NCBI GenBank assembly: GCA_004376105.1
Contig: SOKA01000065.1
Coordinates: 1 to 58,519, forward strand
DNA: 58,519 nt
Direction of reading: 5' to 3'
Origin: Dehalococcoidia bacterium
GTDB taxonomy: Bacteria > Chloroflexota > Dehalococcoidia > Dehalococcoidales > E44-bin46
How positions within the stretch are numbered: the stretch's first letter is position 1; every line of letters begins with the position of its first letter. The notes under the pieces were generated by a model. The model ran no database searches, was not told where the DNA came from, and was given only the letters and a program-made list of their open reading frames with translations. Made by a program: the position numbers and the translations under genes. Positions 39,042 through 49,142 of this stretch are shown here, piece by piece.

Positions 39042-39182
39042 ATGCAAGCGTATTGTTTTAAGTGTAGAACGAAGAGAGAGATAAAAAACCCGCAGGCCAC
39101 CGTTTTAAAGAATGGGAGGCCAGCTACTAGGGGAGTTTGCCCTGTATGTGGCACTAAGCTGTACAGAATTGGGAAGGCATAA
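39042..39182 (+). CDS. 46-aa zinc-ribbon protein (DUF5679-like); below the ORF-track length cutoff
   Basis: The protein is MQAYCFKCRTKREIKNPQATVLKNGRPATRGVCPVCGTKLYRIGKA, with CxxC...CxxC. The SD AAAGGAGG lies 8 nt upstream. Confidence 0.7.
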   Translation: MQAYCFKCRTKREIKNPQATVLKNGRPATRGVCPVCGTKLYRIGKA

Positions 39183-39398
39183 ATAATAGCAGCCAATTTC
39201 TTGGCATGAGGTGTGGTAAGTAAATCTTGCACCCTATAAGCGTTAAAGCTTAGGGGGAGCATAGGCTCTCTTTTATAATGAGCCGGTAGGGTATGTTGGT
39301 AAGGGTGAAGGCGTGAGGATTATTAACCAAAGTACGCCTTTTCACTTTTTACGAAGTTGTGGTAACTTTCTACGGCTAGAAAGGAGAGAAGCCGAACT

Positions 39399-40499
39399 TT
39401 GGGTAATATAAATGTAGCTATAATAGGAGTGGGTAACTGTGCCTCGTCCCTGATTCAGGGTGTTTGCTACTACAAGAAGGCGAAAGAGACTGAATTCGTG
39501 CCTGGGCTCATGCATGTTAACCTAGGGGGTTACCATATAAGCGATATCAATTTTGTAGCTGCCTTTGATGTTGATAAGAACAAGGTTGGAAAGGACTTGG
39601 CCGAGGCAATTTTTACGCCACCTAATAATACCTTTGACTTTGCTGAAGTGCCGGCTACAGGGGTTAAAATTCAGCGGGGTATGACTCATGATGGTTTAGG
39701 CAAGTATCTATCTCAAATAATACCGAAAGCCCCGGGGTCAACGGTTGATATAGTTAAAATCCTTAAGGAAACCCAAACTGATGTGGTACTTAATTACTTG
39801 CCTGTGGGTAGTGAGGAAGCAACTAAATGGTATATTGAGCAGGTGCTGGTGGCTGGTTGCGGCTTTGTCAACTGTATCCCGGTTTTTATCACTCGAGAGA
39901 AGTATTGGCAGAAGCGCTTTGAGGAAAAGGGGCTTCCAATTATTGGTGATGATATAAAATCTCAGGTTGGTGCCACCATTGTTCATCGTGTGCTTACTAG
40001 GCTGTTTAGAGACCGTGGAGTTAAGCTGGAGCGGACCTATCAACTGAACTTTGGTGGTAACACCGACTTCTTAAATATGTTAGAGCGGGAGCGCCTTGAG
40101 TCTAAGAAGATATCTAAGACTACCTCGGTCACCTCTCAGCTAGATTATGAGCTTGCCCCTGATGATATTCATGTCGGTCCTAGTGATTATGTCCCTTGGC
40201 TCAAGGACCGTAAATTTTGCCATATTAGAATGGAAGGGCGAACCTTTGGTGATGTTCCGCTAAACCTGGAGCTAAAACTTGAAGTGTGGGATAGTCCGAA
40301 CTCAGCCGGGGTGGTTATCGATGCTATAAGGTGCTGTAAACTTGCCTTAGACCGTGGATTGAAGGGGGCACTGATAGCTCCCTCTGCCTACTTTATGAAA
40401 TCACCACCTGTTCAATATACCGATGACGAAGCTCGCCGAATGGTGGAAGAGTTTATCGTTGGTTGTGAGCAAGCTGGTCAGGAAAGCCATTCTGCTTAG
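39399..40499 (+). CDS. ino1: myo-Inositol-1-phosphate synthase
   Basis: 366 aa with a TTG start after AAAGGAGAG, NAD-binding [14 protein letters not shown], and a short archaeal/bacterial-type MIPS pattern. Confidence 0.88.
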   Translation: MGNINVAIIGVGNCASSLIQGVCYYKKAKETEFVPGLMHVNLGGYHISDINFVAAFDVDKNKVGKDLAEAIFTPPNNTFDFAEVPATGVKIQRGMTHDGLGKYLSQIIPKAPGSTVDIVKILKETQTDVVLNYLPVGSEEATKWYIEQVLVAGCGFVNCIPVFITREKYWQKRFEEKGLPIIGDDIKSQVGATIVHRVLTRLFRDRGVKLERTYQLNFGGNTDFLNMLERERLESKKISKTTSVTSQLDYELAPDDIHVGPSDYVPWLKDRKFCHIRMEGRTFGDVPLNLELKLEVWDSPNSAGVVIDAIRCCKLALDRGLKGALIAPSAYFMKSPPVQYTDDEARRMVEEFIVGCEQAGQESHSA

Positions 40500-40539
40500 T
40501 GTTAGCTGAGTAAATCAGTGGGAGGTTAGGCAGCTATAA

Positions 40540-41709
40540 ATGAAGATAGCATTAGTCTCTCCTTATGATTTTGCTTACCCTGGTGGTGTAGCCAATCATA
40601 TTTCCTCGCTGGAGCATCATCTTACCCAGATGGGTCACGCGGTGAAGGTCATTGCCCCCGCTTCTAAAGCTGTTACTTCCTTTGGCGACAGGTTTATACC
40701 CATCGGTAAACCGCGGCCCATTCCTACCAGTGGTTCTATTGCCCGCGTTACTATATCACCCAGGTTGAGGCCGAACATAAAGGATGTGCTTGATGAGGAG
40801 AAATTTGATATTATCCACCTCCATGAACCTTTGATGCCAACGTTATGTACTACTGTGCTCCGTGATTCACATACTGTGAATGTAGGCACCTTTCATGCCT
40901 TTGATGGTAAACCGGGATATAACTTTATTAAGCCTCTTAGCACTATACTTTTGAGGAGATGGTTTCGCAAGCTTGACGGCAGAATCGCAGTGTCTAAGCC
41001 AGCCATGGAGTTCGTCAGCAAACATTTCCCTGGATACTACGATATTATCCCTAATGGCGTGGATTTAGAGCATTTTTCTCCCGATATATTGCCAATTGAG
41101 GAATTCTGTGACGGAAAACTGAATATTCTGTTTGTTGGTCGTCTGGAGAAACGAAAAGGCTTGGACTATCTACTTAAAGCTTACCAACGGATTAAACGGG
41201 AAATTTCTAACTCGCGACTTATTATAGTAGGTCCTGGCACTAGACTGCGCCATAAGTATGAGAAGCAGGTTAAGCACAGCGGTTTAAAGGATGTTGTTTT
41301 TGTTGGCTATACATCCTACGATGAATTACCCAGATACTATAAGACAGCCGACATTTGTTGTGCGCCAGCCACTGGTTGGGAAAGCTTTGGTATTGTTTTG
41401 CTTGAGGCTATGGCTGTTGGTAAGCCGATTGTTGCCTCAAATATAGAAGGTTATGCCAGCCTAGTAACTCATGGTGTTGAGGGACTATTAGTGCCACCAA
41501 AAGATGAGGAAACATTAGCCCAAGCTCTAATATCTCTTATGACTGATGAATCACTTCGGCAGCAGATAGGCGCCAGGGGAAGGCTTAAAGCAAAAGATTA
41601 TGACTGGAAATATATTGCCCAAAGGGTATTGAATTATTATATCAGAGTGCTTAGTGAGCCTCATGGAAGGAGCGATTTAGAGAATCTGAACCTATATCGG
41701 TTTAAGTAA
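40540..41709 (+). CDS. pimA: GT4 glycosyltransferase, PimA-like (phosphatidylinositol alpha-mannosyltransferase candidate)
   Basis: 389 aa. The motifs SPYDFAYPGGV, HLHEP, GRIAVS, IPNGVD and the EX7E block ESFGIVLLEAMAVGKPIVAS recall mycobacterial PimA. This is from memory, not a search. Confidence 0.65.
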   Translation: MKIALVSPYDFAYPGGVANHISSLEHHLTQMGHAVKVIAPASKAVTSFGDRFIPIGKPRPIPTSGSIARVTISPRLRPNIKDVLDEEKFDIIHLHEPLMPTLCTTVLRDSHTVNVGTFHAFDGKPGYNFIKPLSTILLRRWFRKLDGRIAVSKPAMEFVSKHFPGYYDIIPNGVDLEHFSPDILPIEEFCDGKLNILFVGRLEKRKGLDYLLKAYQRIKREISNSRLIIVGPGTRLRHKYEKQVKHSGLKDVVFVGYTSYDELPRYYKTADICCAPATGWESFGIVLLEAMAVGKPIVASNIEGYASLVTHGVEGLLVPPKDEETLAQALISLMTDESLRQQIGARGRLKAKDYDWKYIAQRVLNYYIRVLSEPHGRSDLENLNLYRFK

Positions 41710-41755
41710 GAAGGAAGACGACTTAGAAAGTATTGTTTCTGAAAAGCAATGGTTA

Positions 41756-42364
41756 ATGGCAAAGTTATCCGGAGTTCGTGAGGTTATAGCCTATCACCTT
41801 ACCCAACCAGCAGTACGGTTTTTAGCTAGGACATCTATAACACCCAGCGTTATAACCTGGTTTGGTTTTTCAGTATCTATTGGTGCTGCGGTACTTATTG
41901 CTACCGAGCACATTTTTGCCGCTGGTTTTGTAGTGCTCTTCTCAGGTTTTCTTGATATCCTGGATGGGGCACTGGCTCGCCACACTAATCAGGTTACCCG
42001 TTTTGGTTCTGTCCTTGACTCTACGCTTGACCGCGTATCTGATGCAGTGCCATTATTGGGTATTTTAGTGTTCTACTTATTCTTTGGAGACCAGTCCACT
42101 GTTGGGATATTGCTTGTTTGTCTCGCTTTAATTGGTTCGCCGCTGGTGAGTTATATCAGGGCTAGGGCGGAGGCACTAGGTCTAGAGTGTAAAATAGGAT
42201 TATTTACTCGAGCCGAGAGGATAATTGTGCTGGCAGTAGGTCTATTGCTGAGCCAAATTGTTGATTATGCCTTAATTATCGCCTTGGCTATTATAGTGGT
42301 ATTCAGCTTTGTCACCGCCGGCCAGAGGTTAGTTTATGTATGGCAGCAAACAAAAACTAAGTAG
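41756..42364 (+). CDS. CDP-alcohol phosphatidyltransferase (phosphatidylinositol-phosphate synthase-like)
   Basis: 202 aa polytopic membrane protein with the motif DILDGALARHTNQVTRFGSVLDSTLDRVSD, which fits D-x2-DG-x2-AR-x8-G-x3-D-x3-D. Confidence 0.8.
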   Translation: MAKLSGVREVIAYHLTQPAVRFLARTSITPSVITWFGFSVSIGAAVLIATEHIFAAGFVVLFSGFLDILDGALARHTNQVTRFGSVLDSTLDRVSDAVPLLGILVFYLFFGDQSTVGILLVCLALIGSPLVSYIRARAEALGLECKIGLFTRAERIIVLAVGLLLSQIVDYALIIALAIIVVFSFVTAGQRLVYVWQQTKTK

Positions 42365-42384
42365 CTTTTGGGAGATTGTTTATT

Positions 42385-42462
42385 AACCTCACCCCCTTAG
42401 TTTTCCTTTTCTTTAGAGCAGGGGAAGAAGGATGGTTCTTGGAAGGGCGGAGCCTTTTCAAC
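42385..42462 (-). repeat. Two-hairpin intergenic repeat, copy C (degenerate, inverted relative to A)
   Basis: The minus strand reads TGAAAAGGCTCCGCCCTTCC...CTTCTTCCCCTGCTCTAAAG...TAAGGGGGTGAGGTTAA. It shares the AGGGGGTGAGGTT tail and overall length with copy A. Confidence 0.4.
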
Positions 42463-42544
42463 CTTCCCCTGATAAACACCTTTTAGCCACTTTCATCTAT
42501 AGTGCTATGTATGTTATAAAAAGAAATACTTGCCGGAGGAAATA

Positions 42545-43828
42545 ATGCCAGTTATTGCTGTAATTGGAGCTCAGTGGGGGGATGAGGGAAAGGGCAAGGT
42601 GGTTGACCTCCTTGCTGAAAAAGCGAGGGTAGTAGTGCGTTTTTCTGGTGGTGATAATGCTGGGCATACTGTAGTTAACCCCTATGGTGAGTTTAGGCTG
42701 CACCTTATCCCTTGTGGTATTTTTTATCCCCAGGTTGTTTGCATTATTGGTAATGGTGTGGTGATTAACCCCGAAGTACTAATTGGTGAGGTAGACCAGC
42801 TTAACCAGCGGGGCGTAGATACTACCAGGCTGTTTATTAGTGACCGGGCTCACTTGATTATGCCTTATCATATCCTCCTTGATGGTTTGGAGGAGGAATC
42901 GCGGGGCGGAAAGGCACTAGGTACAACACGTAAAGGTATAGGTCCTGCCTTTGCTGACAAAACAGCCAGGTTAGGCATTAGAGTCGGCGACCTTTTAGAT
43001 AAGGAGGTATTACTGGAGCGACTTCGTTTTATACTTGAGTATAAGAACGTTATTTTGACCAAAATTTATGGGGTTAGCCCGCTGTCATTGGACGAGATAT
43101 ATAGTCAATATTGCCAGTATGGGGAGCGTCTGGCTCCTTATATTCGGGAGACAACAATAATGCTGGAGGAAGCGCTGCATAGGAATGAGCTGGTTATATT
43201 AGAGGGAGCCCAGGGCACCTTACTTGACCTTGATTTTGGCACTTATCCTTATACCACCTCATCTTCACCACTGGCAGGGGGAGGCTGTTTAGGCGCCGGT
43301 TTAGGTCCTACCGGGATTAGTCGTATTCTAGGCGTATTTAAGGCTTACTGCACCAGGGTTGGTAGTGGCCCCATGCCTACTGAACTGAAGGATGAAACTG
43401 GTGACTTGATTCGAGAACGAGCTCATGAGTATGGCACTACTACCGGCCGACCCCGCCGTTGTGGCTGGTTTGATGCCGTTGCTGCTCGCTTTAGCACCCG
43501 AATTAATGGCTTTACCGGGGCGGCGATTACCCGCCTTGATGTTCTTGATATTCTCCCCCGCCTGAAGATATGTGTAGGCTATAAACTGGATGGAAAGACC
43601 ATTGATTATTTCCCGGGTAATGTAGCTACTTTAGAAAGGTGTCAACCTATCTATGAGGAGCTACCCGGGTGGCAGGTTCCCATCAGCCATATTCGGCAAT
43701 ACGGTGAGCTGCCTATTGAAGCTCAACAATATGTAGCTAGACTGGAAGAGCTTACTTCCTGCCCGGTCAACATCATTTCTGTAGGAGCGGAGCGAGGGCA
43801 AACCATTCACAAAATGCCCATCTTTTAG
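42545..43828 (+). CDS. purA: Adenylosuccinate synthetase
   Basis: 427 aa from ATG 42545 after GGAGGA, with GAQWGDEGKGK. Confidence 0.95.
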   Translation: MPVIAVIGAQWGDEGKGKVVDLLAEKARVVVRFSGGDNAGHTVVNPYGEFRLHLIPCGIFYPQVVCIIGNGVVINPEVLIGEVDQLNQRGVDTTRLFISDRAHLIMPYHILLDGLEEESRGGKALGTTRKGIGPAFADKTARLGIRVGDLLDKEVLLERLRFILEYKNVILTKIYGVSPLSLDEIYSQYCQYGERLAPYIRETTIMLEEALHRNELVILEGAQGTLLDLDFGTYPYTTSSSPLAGGGCLGAGLGPTGISRILGVFKAYCTRVGSGPMPTELKDETGDLIRERAHEYGTTTGRPRRCGWFDAVAARFSTRINGFTGAAITRLDVLDILPRLKICVGYKLDGKTIDYFPGNVATLERCQPIYEELPGWQVPISHIRQYGELPIEAQQYVARLEELTSCPVNIISVGAERGQTIHKMPIF

Positions 43829-43872
43829 TTATATTTAACATCTATCAAGGGAAGCTTGAAGGGGCTTGGCTC

Positions 43873-44763
43873 TTATATTTTTAGGTCAATGTGGTAGTTT
43901 TTCAGAGTATCTTTGATGACGGTGGCTGATTTTTCATCGAGCTCGGTAAGGGGGAGGCGTGGCTTGCCTACATTGAAGCCAATATGGTTAAGGGCATATT
44001 TGACCGGAATAGGGTTGGAGACAATAAACAAAACATTAACTAGGGGTAGAAGGCGGCGGTGGATGCTGGCGGCTTCATCCATTTTACCATTAATAAAGGT
44101 ATCAATCATTTCCCTGATTTGGTTGCCAACTAGGTGGGAGGCAACGCTAATGACGCCATAGCCGCCTAAGGCTAATATAGGCAGGGTATCACTATCATTG
44201 CCGCTCCAGACGAGGAAATCCTCTTTAGTGCCACTGATAATCTTAGCAACTTGGTCCAGATTACCACTGGCTTCCTTTACCCCGATGATATTATCAATCT
44301 GGCTTAACTTGATAATCGTGTCGGCTGAGAGGCTAACAACAGTGCGTGACGGCACATTATAAAGGATACAAGGTAAGCTGGTGCTCTGAGCGATAGTCTT
44401 AAAGTGTTGGTATAAGCCCTCTTGAGTCGGTTTATTATAGTAGGGGACGACTAATAGGCAAGCATCAACCCCGATTCGCTCAGCCTCTTTGGTCGTCGCC
44501 AAGGCTTCAGCCGTGCTATTGCTACCGGTGCCAGCGACTACTGCCCCTCGTTCGCCTACGGCTGATTTCACCTCAGCGAACAGGCGCAGTTCCTCCTCTC
44601 GGATAAGAGTAGGTGATTCTCCGGTTGTGCCCACAACCAGCAAGCCCTCACTTCCTGAGTTGAGTAAAGCTAAAGCTAACCTCTTGGCCTGTTCATAATT
44701 AACCGCCCCCTCTTCATCAAAGGGGGTTACCATTGCTGTCAACAATCGCCCTAGTTTTTTCAT
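43873..44763 (-). CDS. dapA: 4-hydroxy-tetrahydrodipicolinate synthase
   Basis: 296 aa with GTTGES and a Schiff-base Lys context. Confidence 0.93.
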   Translation of the reverse strand: MKKLGRLLTAMVTPFDEEGAVNYEQAKRLALALLNSGSEGLLVVGTTGESPTLIREEELRLFAEVKSAVGERGAVVAGTGSNSTAEALATTKEAERIGVDACLLVVPYYNKPTQEGLYQHFKTIAQSTSLPCILYNVPSRTVVSLSADTIIKLSQIDNIIGVKEASGNLDQVAKIISGTKEDFLVWSGNDSDTLPILALGGYGVISVASHLVGNQIREMIDTFINGKMDEAASIHRRLLPLVNVLFIVSNPIPVKYALNHIGFNVGKPRLPLTELDEKSATVIKDTLKNYHIDLKI

Positions 44764-45794
44764 TTTCTAGCTCTGGTGGGGCGTATCCATTCTCTTTTAA
44801 TCATCTCTTCAGCAATCTGGACGGTATTTAGAGCAGCTCCCTTGCGTAGATTGTCGGCAGCAATCCACATAACTAAACCATTGGGGTGAGATACATCTCG
44901 ACGAATACGTCCAACGAAAACCTCATCAGTACCAGTTGCTGACCAGGGCTGAGGATAAAGACTGATAACAGGGTCATCTATTACCTTAACCCCTGGAGCT
45001 TGGGCCAGAATACGCTCTGCCTCGTCAGGAGACATAGGCTGGGAGAATTCTATATTGACCGCCATACTATGGCCGGTGAATACCGGAACTCGTACACAAG
45101 TTGCCGAAATAGCTATATCATCAGTATGCATTATTTTCCTTGTTTCTTCCACCAGCTTCCACTCTTCTTTAGTATAGCCATTGTCCAGAAAAACATCTAT
45201 CTCTGGCAACACATTAAAGGCTATTTGGTGAGGGTAAACATGGGGAATAGTAGTCTGTCCGTCCAGTACTTGCTTAACCTGGGCTGTTAGTTCGTCTACT
45301 GCTGCTGAACCGGTGCCTGATACTGCTTGGTAGGTAGCGGCGATAATTCGCTTAATGGGATTAACCTTGTGTAGTGGGTATAGGGCTACCACCGTTTGAA
45401 TAGTGGAGCAATTAGGGTTAGCTATAATTCCCCTGTGCCACTTAATGTCTTCGGGATTGACCTCAGGTACTACCAAGGGGACTGTATCCATCATTCTAAA
45501 AGCGGAGCTATTATCGATAACTACGGCTCCTGATTGAGCGGCTATAGGTGAGAAGTAGCGACTAATCTCGGCGCCAGCTGAGAATAAAGCAATATCTATT
45601 CCTTTGAAGGACTCAGGAACAGTCTCTTTGACTTCAATCTCTCGGTGGGTGACAAACAACCTCTTGCCTACTGAACGGTCTGAGGCTAAAAGCTGAATTG
45701 AGGTCATAGGGAAGTTACGTTGCTCTAATACCTTAATGAACTCCCGGCCTACGAGCCCAGTGGCACCAACAATGGCTACTTTATACCCCTTCAT
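44760..45794 (-). CDS. asd: Aspartate-semialdehyde dehydrogenase
   Basis: 344 aa with VGATGLVG and the active-site NPNCST. Confidence 0.93.
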   Translation of the reverse strand: MKGYKVAIVGATGLVGREFIKVLEQRNFPMTSIQLLASDRSVGKRLFVTHREIEVKETVPESFKGIDIALFSAGAEISRYFSPIAAQSGAVVIDNSSAFRMMDTVPLVVPEVNPEDIKWHRGIIANPNCSTIQTVVALYPLHKVNPIKRIIAATYQAVSGTGSAAVDELTAQVKQVLDGQTTIPHVYPHQIAFNVLPEIDVFLDNGYTKEEWKLVEETRKIMHTDDIAISATCVRVPVFTGHSMAVNIEFSQPMSPDEAERILAQAPGVKVIDDPVISLYPQPWSATGTDEVFVGRIRRDVSHPNGLVMWIAADNLRKGAALNTVQIAEEMIKREWIRPTRARK

Positions 45795-45802
45795 TACCCC
45801 TC

Positions 45803-46594
45803 CTATAGACCGAGTAGGGCATCTAGACCGTAGATTAGTCCTTTGTGTTTAACTACTTCCTTAATAGCTAGTATAACACCCGGTATATAACATTCTCGAC
45901 TGATGGTGTCATGTCGTATGCTTAATGTTTGCCCTGGTCCTCCTAGGATTACCTCTTGGTGTGCCATAAGCCCGGGTAAACGCACGCTATGGATGGCAAC
46001 ACCTTCAGCTTGCTCTCCTCGGCTATTTGAGGTTTTCCTTTGTTCTGGGATGTAGAACGGTTTACCTTTGGCCTCTGCCATTGCTTTAGCTGTAGATAAG
46101 GCGGTTCCTGAAGGTGAGTCAGCTTTCAAGTGGTGGTGTAGTTCTATAATTTCGGCATAGTCAAAGTACTTGGCGGCTACTTTAGCTAGGTGCATCATTA
46201 CCACTGCTCCCAGAGCAAAGTTGGGAGCTACCACTGCCCCCACCTGGTGAGCTATTGATAATCGGTCAATCTCAATAAGTTCATTGGCGGTTAACCCGGT
46301 GGTTCCTATTACTAAGTTAACACCTTGGTTAGTGGCTATACGCACTGCGGGCATGGTGGCTTGAGCAATAGTGAAATCTACTAGCACATCAGGCTGGCAA
46401 CTGGTGAGGATATAGTCCAGGTTAGAAGAAAAGGGCACGGCACCGGAGCTATCAGGCAGAGGTAGGTAGTCCTCAGCAACCTGTAGCTCTACAGCGCCTA
46501 CTACCTGCATTTCAGGCTCATGGCAGAGGGCATTAATCACCTCTCGCCCCATTCTACCTAATGCACCGTGAATTACTACCTTGATTGGCTTCAT
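45803..46594 (-). CDS. dapB: 4-hydroxy-tetrahydrodipicolinate reductase
   Basis: 263 aa with GALGRMG and the EAHHxxKxDxPSGTA-like segment ELHHHLKADSPSGTA. Confidence 0.92.
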   Translation of the reverse strand: MKPIKVVIHGALGRMGREVINALCHEPEMQVVGAVELQVAEDYLPLPDSSGAVPFSSNLDYILTSCQPDVLVDFTIAQATMPAVRIATNQGVNLVIGTTGLTANELIEIDRLSIAHQVGAVVAPNFALGAVVMMHLAKVAAKYFDYAEIIELHHHLKADSPSGTALSTAKAMAEAKGKPFYIPEQRKTSNSRGEQAEGVAIHSVRLPGLMAHQEVILGGPGQTLSIRHDTISRECYIPGVILAIKEVVKHKGLIYGLDALLGL

Positions 46595-46596
46595 AG

Positions 46597-48804
46597 CTAA
46601 TCCTTTTTACTAGGAGGATGCTTGGGGAAGCTTCTACCTCGGGTATAGTGAACCTCACGCCGTTTTTTAAATGGGTAGTTCGTAGCCGGCCTATCTTTTG
46701 CCCTAGCCCTGGGCATCTGAGAAAGCTTTTCGAACACAGCCCGTCGTGATAGGTTTGTCCTACCCAGTTCGTCGATACCAATTACTTTAACCGTAACCTC
46801 ATCGCCTATTTTAACGATATCCTCGACCCTGGATACCCGATATTCAGCCAGTTCACTAATGTGAACCAAGCCCTCTTTACCGGGAAGAATTTCAACCATA
46901 GCGCCGAAGTTCAGCAAGCGGGTTACTTTCCCGGTATAGATACCGCCAACCTCTACATCCTTAGTTAGGCCTTCAATGATTTCAATAGCTCTACGGGCTG
47001 CTTCCTCATCAGGTGAACCGATAAGCACCGTACCATCATTGTCAATATCAATAGTTGCTTTAGTTTCATCGGTGATTGCCCTGATTGTTTTACCTCCGGT
47101 GCCGATTATACTGCCAATTTTATCAGGATTAACCATTATTTTATATACTCGGGGCGCATAGGGGCTGATTTCAGGTCGGCTGGAGGTGATGGTTTGCTGC
47201 ATTACATTCAGGATAAACAGACGAGCCTCTCGGGCTTGATTTAGTGCTTCTCCCAGAATTTCTAAGTTTATGCCCTTGAGCTTAATATCTAGCTGGAGGG
47301 CAGTGATACCTTCAGTGGTGCCAGCTATCTTGAAGTCCATATCACCATAAGCATCCTCTATGCCCTCAATATCAGTTAAAATAACATGGTTACCCTTCTC
47401 ATCAGTGACCAAGCCCATAGCTACTCCAGCTACTGCTCTCTTTATCGGTATTCCCGCATCCATTAGGGATAGGCTTGAGGCACAAACACTAGCCATAGAT
47501 GTGCTACCGCTAGACCTCAGGACCTCCGAGACCAAGCGAATAGTATAAGGGGAGTCCTCACTTTTAGGCAGTACTGGTATAAGGGCTCGCTCAGCTAGAG
47601 CACCATGCCCAATTTCACGCCGGCCAGGTGTACCAACACGTTTCACTTCACCACTGGAGAAGGGGGGGAAATTATAGTGATGGATGAACCGTTTAGTTTC
47701 CTCTATACCTAAGCCATCAAGTTGCTGCTCCTTCCTGATAGGACCTAAAGTAGTGATTGTCAGTACTTGTGTTCGTCCTCTGGTAAATAGGGCTGAGCCA
47801 TGGGTACGAGGCAGAAGTCCTAATTCGCAGCTTAGGGGACGGACCTCTGTTAAACTACGACCACTGACACGCTGGGCTTTGTCAAGGATGTTGGTTCTTA
47901 TTTCAGCTCTAACCTTTGCCTCAAAGGCGGAGAGTATATCTTCTTCAGGAAATGATTCTCCCAAGCGCTCTACAAGTTCTTTCTTTAGATTACTAAGTGC
48001 CTGTTCCCGTTGTAATTTATCTGACTGACTTAGGGCTTGGCTAAGCCTTTCATTGATAATTTCCAAAATTGCTGACTCTACTTCAGGGTTAATCTTAATA
48101 GTGGGGGCTTCTACCTTGGGTTTACCGCAAGTCTGCTGAAGCTGCTCTTGAAGCTTGATAATATCTTGGTTCGCCTCGTGACCAAATCTAATTGCCTGGA
48201 TAACAATATCTTCTGAAACCTCTCGGGCTCCTGCCTCTATCATTATTATCGCTTCTTTGGTACTAGCCACAACGAGGTCAAGTAGGCTATCTTCAAGCTG
48301 GGCTAATGTTGGATTTAATATAAGCTCGTCATTAATATAGCCAATATGGACAGCACTCACTGGGCCATCAAATGGCACTTCTGATATTGATAGAACGGCA
48401 GAGCCGCCAATAACGGCCAAGATGTCAGGGTCATTTTCCCGGTCAGCAGAAAGGACAGTGACTATAAGCTGAATGTCATTACGCCATTCCTTGGGCAAAA
48501 GCGGACGCAGCGGTCGGTCAGTAAGTCGGCTGGCTAGGGTTGCCTCTTCACTGGGGCGCCCTTCCCTTCTGATAAAGCCACCTGGAATTTTACCGGCGGC
48601 ATACAGCCTTTCTTCGTAGTCAACGGTTAGTGGCAGAAAATCTATCCCTTCCCGTGGTTCGTCACTGATGCAGGTTGTAACTAGAACCACAGTATCTCCG
48701 TAGCGGACAGTTACTGCTCCACTTGCTTGCTCAGCGAGTTTCCCAGTCTCTATAGTGAGGGTTCTATCCCCAACTTCACACTCAAAAACCTGAGGTTTTA
48801 CCAT
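46597..48804 (-). CDS. pnp: Polyribonucleotide nucleotidyltransferase (PNPase)
   Basis: 735 aa with two RNase PH domains, a KH domain (GGKTIRAI) and an S1 domain. Confidence 0.96.
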   Translation of the reverse strand: MVKPQVFECEVGDRTLTIETGKLAEQASGAVTVRYGDTVVLVTTCISDEPREGIDFLPLTVDYEERLYAAGKIPGGFIRREGRPSEEATLASRLTDRPLRPLLPKEWRNDIQLIVTVLSADRENDPDILAVIGGSAVLSISEVPFDGPVSAVHIGYINDELILNPTLAQLEDSLLDLVVASTKEAIIMIEAGAREVSEDIVIQAIRFGHEANQDIIKLQEQLQQTCGKPKVEAPTIKINPEVESAILEIINERLSQALSQSDKLQREQALSNLKKELVERLGESFPEEDILSAFEAKVRAEIRTNILDKAQRVSGRSLTEVRPLSCELGLLPRTHGSALFTRGRTQVLTITTLGPIRKEQQLDGLGIEETKRFIHHYNFPPFSSGEVKRVGTPGRREIGHGALAERALIPVLPKSEDSPYTIRLVSEVLRSSGSTSMASVCASSLSLMDAGIPIKRAVAGVAMGLVTDEKGNHVILTDIEGIEDAYGDMDFKIAGTTEGITALQLDIKLKGINLEILGEALNQAREARLFILNVMQQTITSSRPEISPYAPRVYKIMVNPDKIGSIIGTGGKTIRAITDETKATIDIDNDGTVLIGSPDEEAARRAIEIIEGLTKDVEVGGIYTGKVTRLLNFGAMVEILPGKEGLVHISELAEYRVSRVEDIVKIGDEVTVKVIGIDELGRTNLSRRAVFEKLSQMPRARAKDRPATNYPFKKRREVHYTRGRSFPKHPPSKKD

Positions 48805-48823
48805 AATCCTCCTCCTGAAGGCT

Positions 48824-49087
48824 TTACTTGCGTAGCCCGAGCCTTGAAATTAGCTTGTGATATCGGTCTGTATCTTGTTTACTCAGGTAAGATAGTAGCC
48901 TTCTTCTTTGTCCTACCAGCTTAAGTAAACCCCGTTGTGAATGGTAATCATGCCGATTAGCTGCCATGTGCCCTGTTAATAGGTTTATCCTGTCAGTAAG
49001 CAGCGCAACCTGAACCTCGGTCGAACCTGTGTCTCCTTTATGGAGTTTAAATTTATTTATAATGTCTATCCTTTTTTCTTTATCCAA
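48824..49087 (-). CDS. rpsO: 30S ribosomal protein S15
   Basis: 87 aa with a TTG start and [14 protein letters not shown]. Confidence 0.93.
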   Translation of the reverse strand: MDKEKRIDIINKFKLHKGDTGSTEVQVALLTDRINLLTGHMAANRHDYHSQRGLLKLVGQRRRLLSYLSKQDTDRYHKLISRLGLRK

Positions 49088-49142
49088 ATTATAACTCCCG
49101 GGTTCCTTAATAGTAAAAAGTTGATTTATAAAAAGTTAGAAA

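Noticed and set aside
38882-39262. A 126-aa minus-strand ORF in the truB-ino1 spacer.
   Set aside because: It has no SD and no recognisable motifs, and it overlaps the much better supported plus-strand 46-aa zinc-ribbon gene (39042-39182).
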